From: an uncultured Gemmatimonadota bacterium | GTDB taxonomy: Bacteria; JAAXHH01 | Length of the DNA: 64,000 bases | NCBI GenBank assembly: GCA_951812955.1 | Contig: OX638340.1 | Span: 224,001 to 288,000 of the forward strand | Direction of reading: 5' to 3' | Shown here: positions 63,482-64,000 of the stretch, piece by piece | Numbering within the stretch: the first letter of the stretch is position 1 | Layout of the letters: each line of letters opens with the position of its first letter | Position numbers and translations under genes: made by a program | Notes under the pieces: model-generated | What the model was told of the DNA's origin: nothing | Databases searched by the model: none | What the model saw: only the letters and a program-made list of their open reading frames with translations

Positions 63482-64000
63482 TTATTCCTGCATGGATTCC
63501 GCCACGATCTCGGCGATATCCCGGACCCGCATGGGTTCGCCGGCCCGCTTGTTGGCGTCGTTCATCATCCTGGCACAAAAGGGACAACCCACGGCCAGGG
63601 TATCAGCCCCGGTTTCTCTGGCCTCCCGGAAGCGATTATCGCTGACCGCTTCCCTGCCTTCTTCTTCTTCTTTCCAGACCTGGGCGCCGCCCGCTCCGCA
63701 GCAGAATGACCGGTTCCTGCTCCGGGCCATCTCCACCAGGTTTGGCCCGGCGGCCGCCAGCGCTTCCCGAGGCGCTTCGTACTCGCCGCCGTGGCGTCCC
63801 AGATAACACGGGTCGTGATAGGTTGCCCGCGTCCCTTCCTCTCCGTTTACCGCGATCCTGCCGTCGTTCCTGAGATCGGCGATGAGCTGCGTGTGGTGCA
63901 TGACCTCGTAACGCCCACCCAGCGCGCCGTACTCGTTCTTCAGGGTATGGAGGCAGTGGGGGCAACCCGTGACGATGCGTTTGCGGTCGGCGCCCGCCGC
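63482..64000 (-). CDS. CCG-domain (Cys-rich, HdrD/GlcF/LutA-like) Fe-S protein, C-terminal part; the 5' end lies beyond the window
   Basis: Two CCG-type motifs (HDPCYLGRHGG and FCCGAGGAQ) followed by GCPFCARMM. Confidence 0.6.
   Translation of the reverse strand, partial: AAGADRKRIVTGCPHCLHTLKNEYGALGGRYEVMHHTQLIADLRNDGRIAVNGEEGTRATYHDPCYLGRHGGEYEAPREALAAAGPNLVEMARSRNRSFCCGAGGAQVWKEEEEGREAVSDNRFREARETGADTLAVGCPFCARMMNDANKRAGEPMRVRDIAEIVAESMQE

Noticed and set aside
30394-64000. Integrated mobile element or genomic island at tRNA-Leu
   Set aside because: No integrase, transposase, phage gene or direct repeat of the tRNA 3' end was found, and there is no compositional discontinuity visible by eye. 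Gene content is accessory-like metabolism and transport rather than mobile DNA.

Overview
High-GC (~63-65%) bacterial chromosomal segment, densely coding with frequent 4-8 nt start/stop overlaps. No transposase, integrase, CRISPR array or rRNA is recognisable. Read left to right the window holds: the 3' end of prfA, prmC and proC; then a 477-bp regulatory region carrying a near-consensus sigma70-type promoter followed by three 10-bp-phased GTGGG direct repeats, which I interpret as an MraZ operator. A compact division/cell-wall (dcw) cluster follows: mraZ-rsmH-ftsL-ftsI-murE-murF-ftsW-murC-murB-ftsQ-ftsA-ftsZ. It conspicuously lacks mraY, murD, murG and ddl. After that come valS, a TrpH-type PHP phosphoesterase, the rod-shape cluster mreB-mreC-mreD-mrdA-rodA followed by lgt, a 2x52-bp intergenic tandem repeat, comF, a phosphofructokinase with PPi-type signature residues, tpiA, secG and tRNA-Leu(GAG), matching the E. 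coli secG-leuU arrangement. Downstream of the tRNA the content turns accessory-like. There are three paralogous family-5 solute-binding proteins with no permease or ATPase partners. There is a class-V aminotransferase and a Rieske-ferredoxin/amidohydrolase-2 operon. Further genes are terC, an aldo-keto reductase, a CorC/CNNM transporter, a divergent SRPBCC/TIGR01777 pair, and an AbgT transporter interrupted by a 1-nt frameshift in a G6 run. Between an APC permease and an AEC permease sits a three-gene candidate redox module: an Fe/2OG-oxygenase-like protein, an FAD/NAD(P) reductase and a NapH-like membrane polyferredoxin. Then come an SDR, a DagK-like lipid kinase, an AI-2E transporter and dCMP deaminase. 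Next are a hypothetical protein, a PhyH-dioxygenase::HEAT-repeat fusion and a 656-aa polytopic membrane protein of no recognisable family. The window ends with a 31-bp tandem repeat, a cytoplasmic Cys-type sulfatase, a 2-oxoacid:ferredoxin oxidoreductase with an unusual beta-gamma fused subunit, and the C-terminus of a CCG-domain Fe-S protein. Most promising for novelty: the oxygenase/reductase/polyferredoxin module (45.0-48.8 kb), the PhyH::HEAT fusion with its neighbours (54.7-59.6 kb), the minimal dcw cluster, and the orphan binding-protein paralog family.
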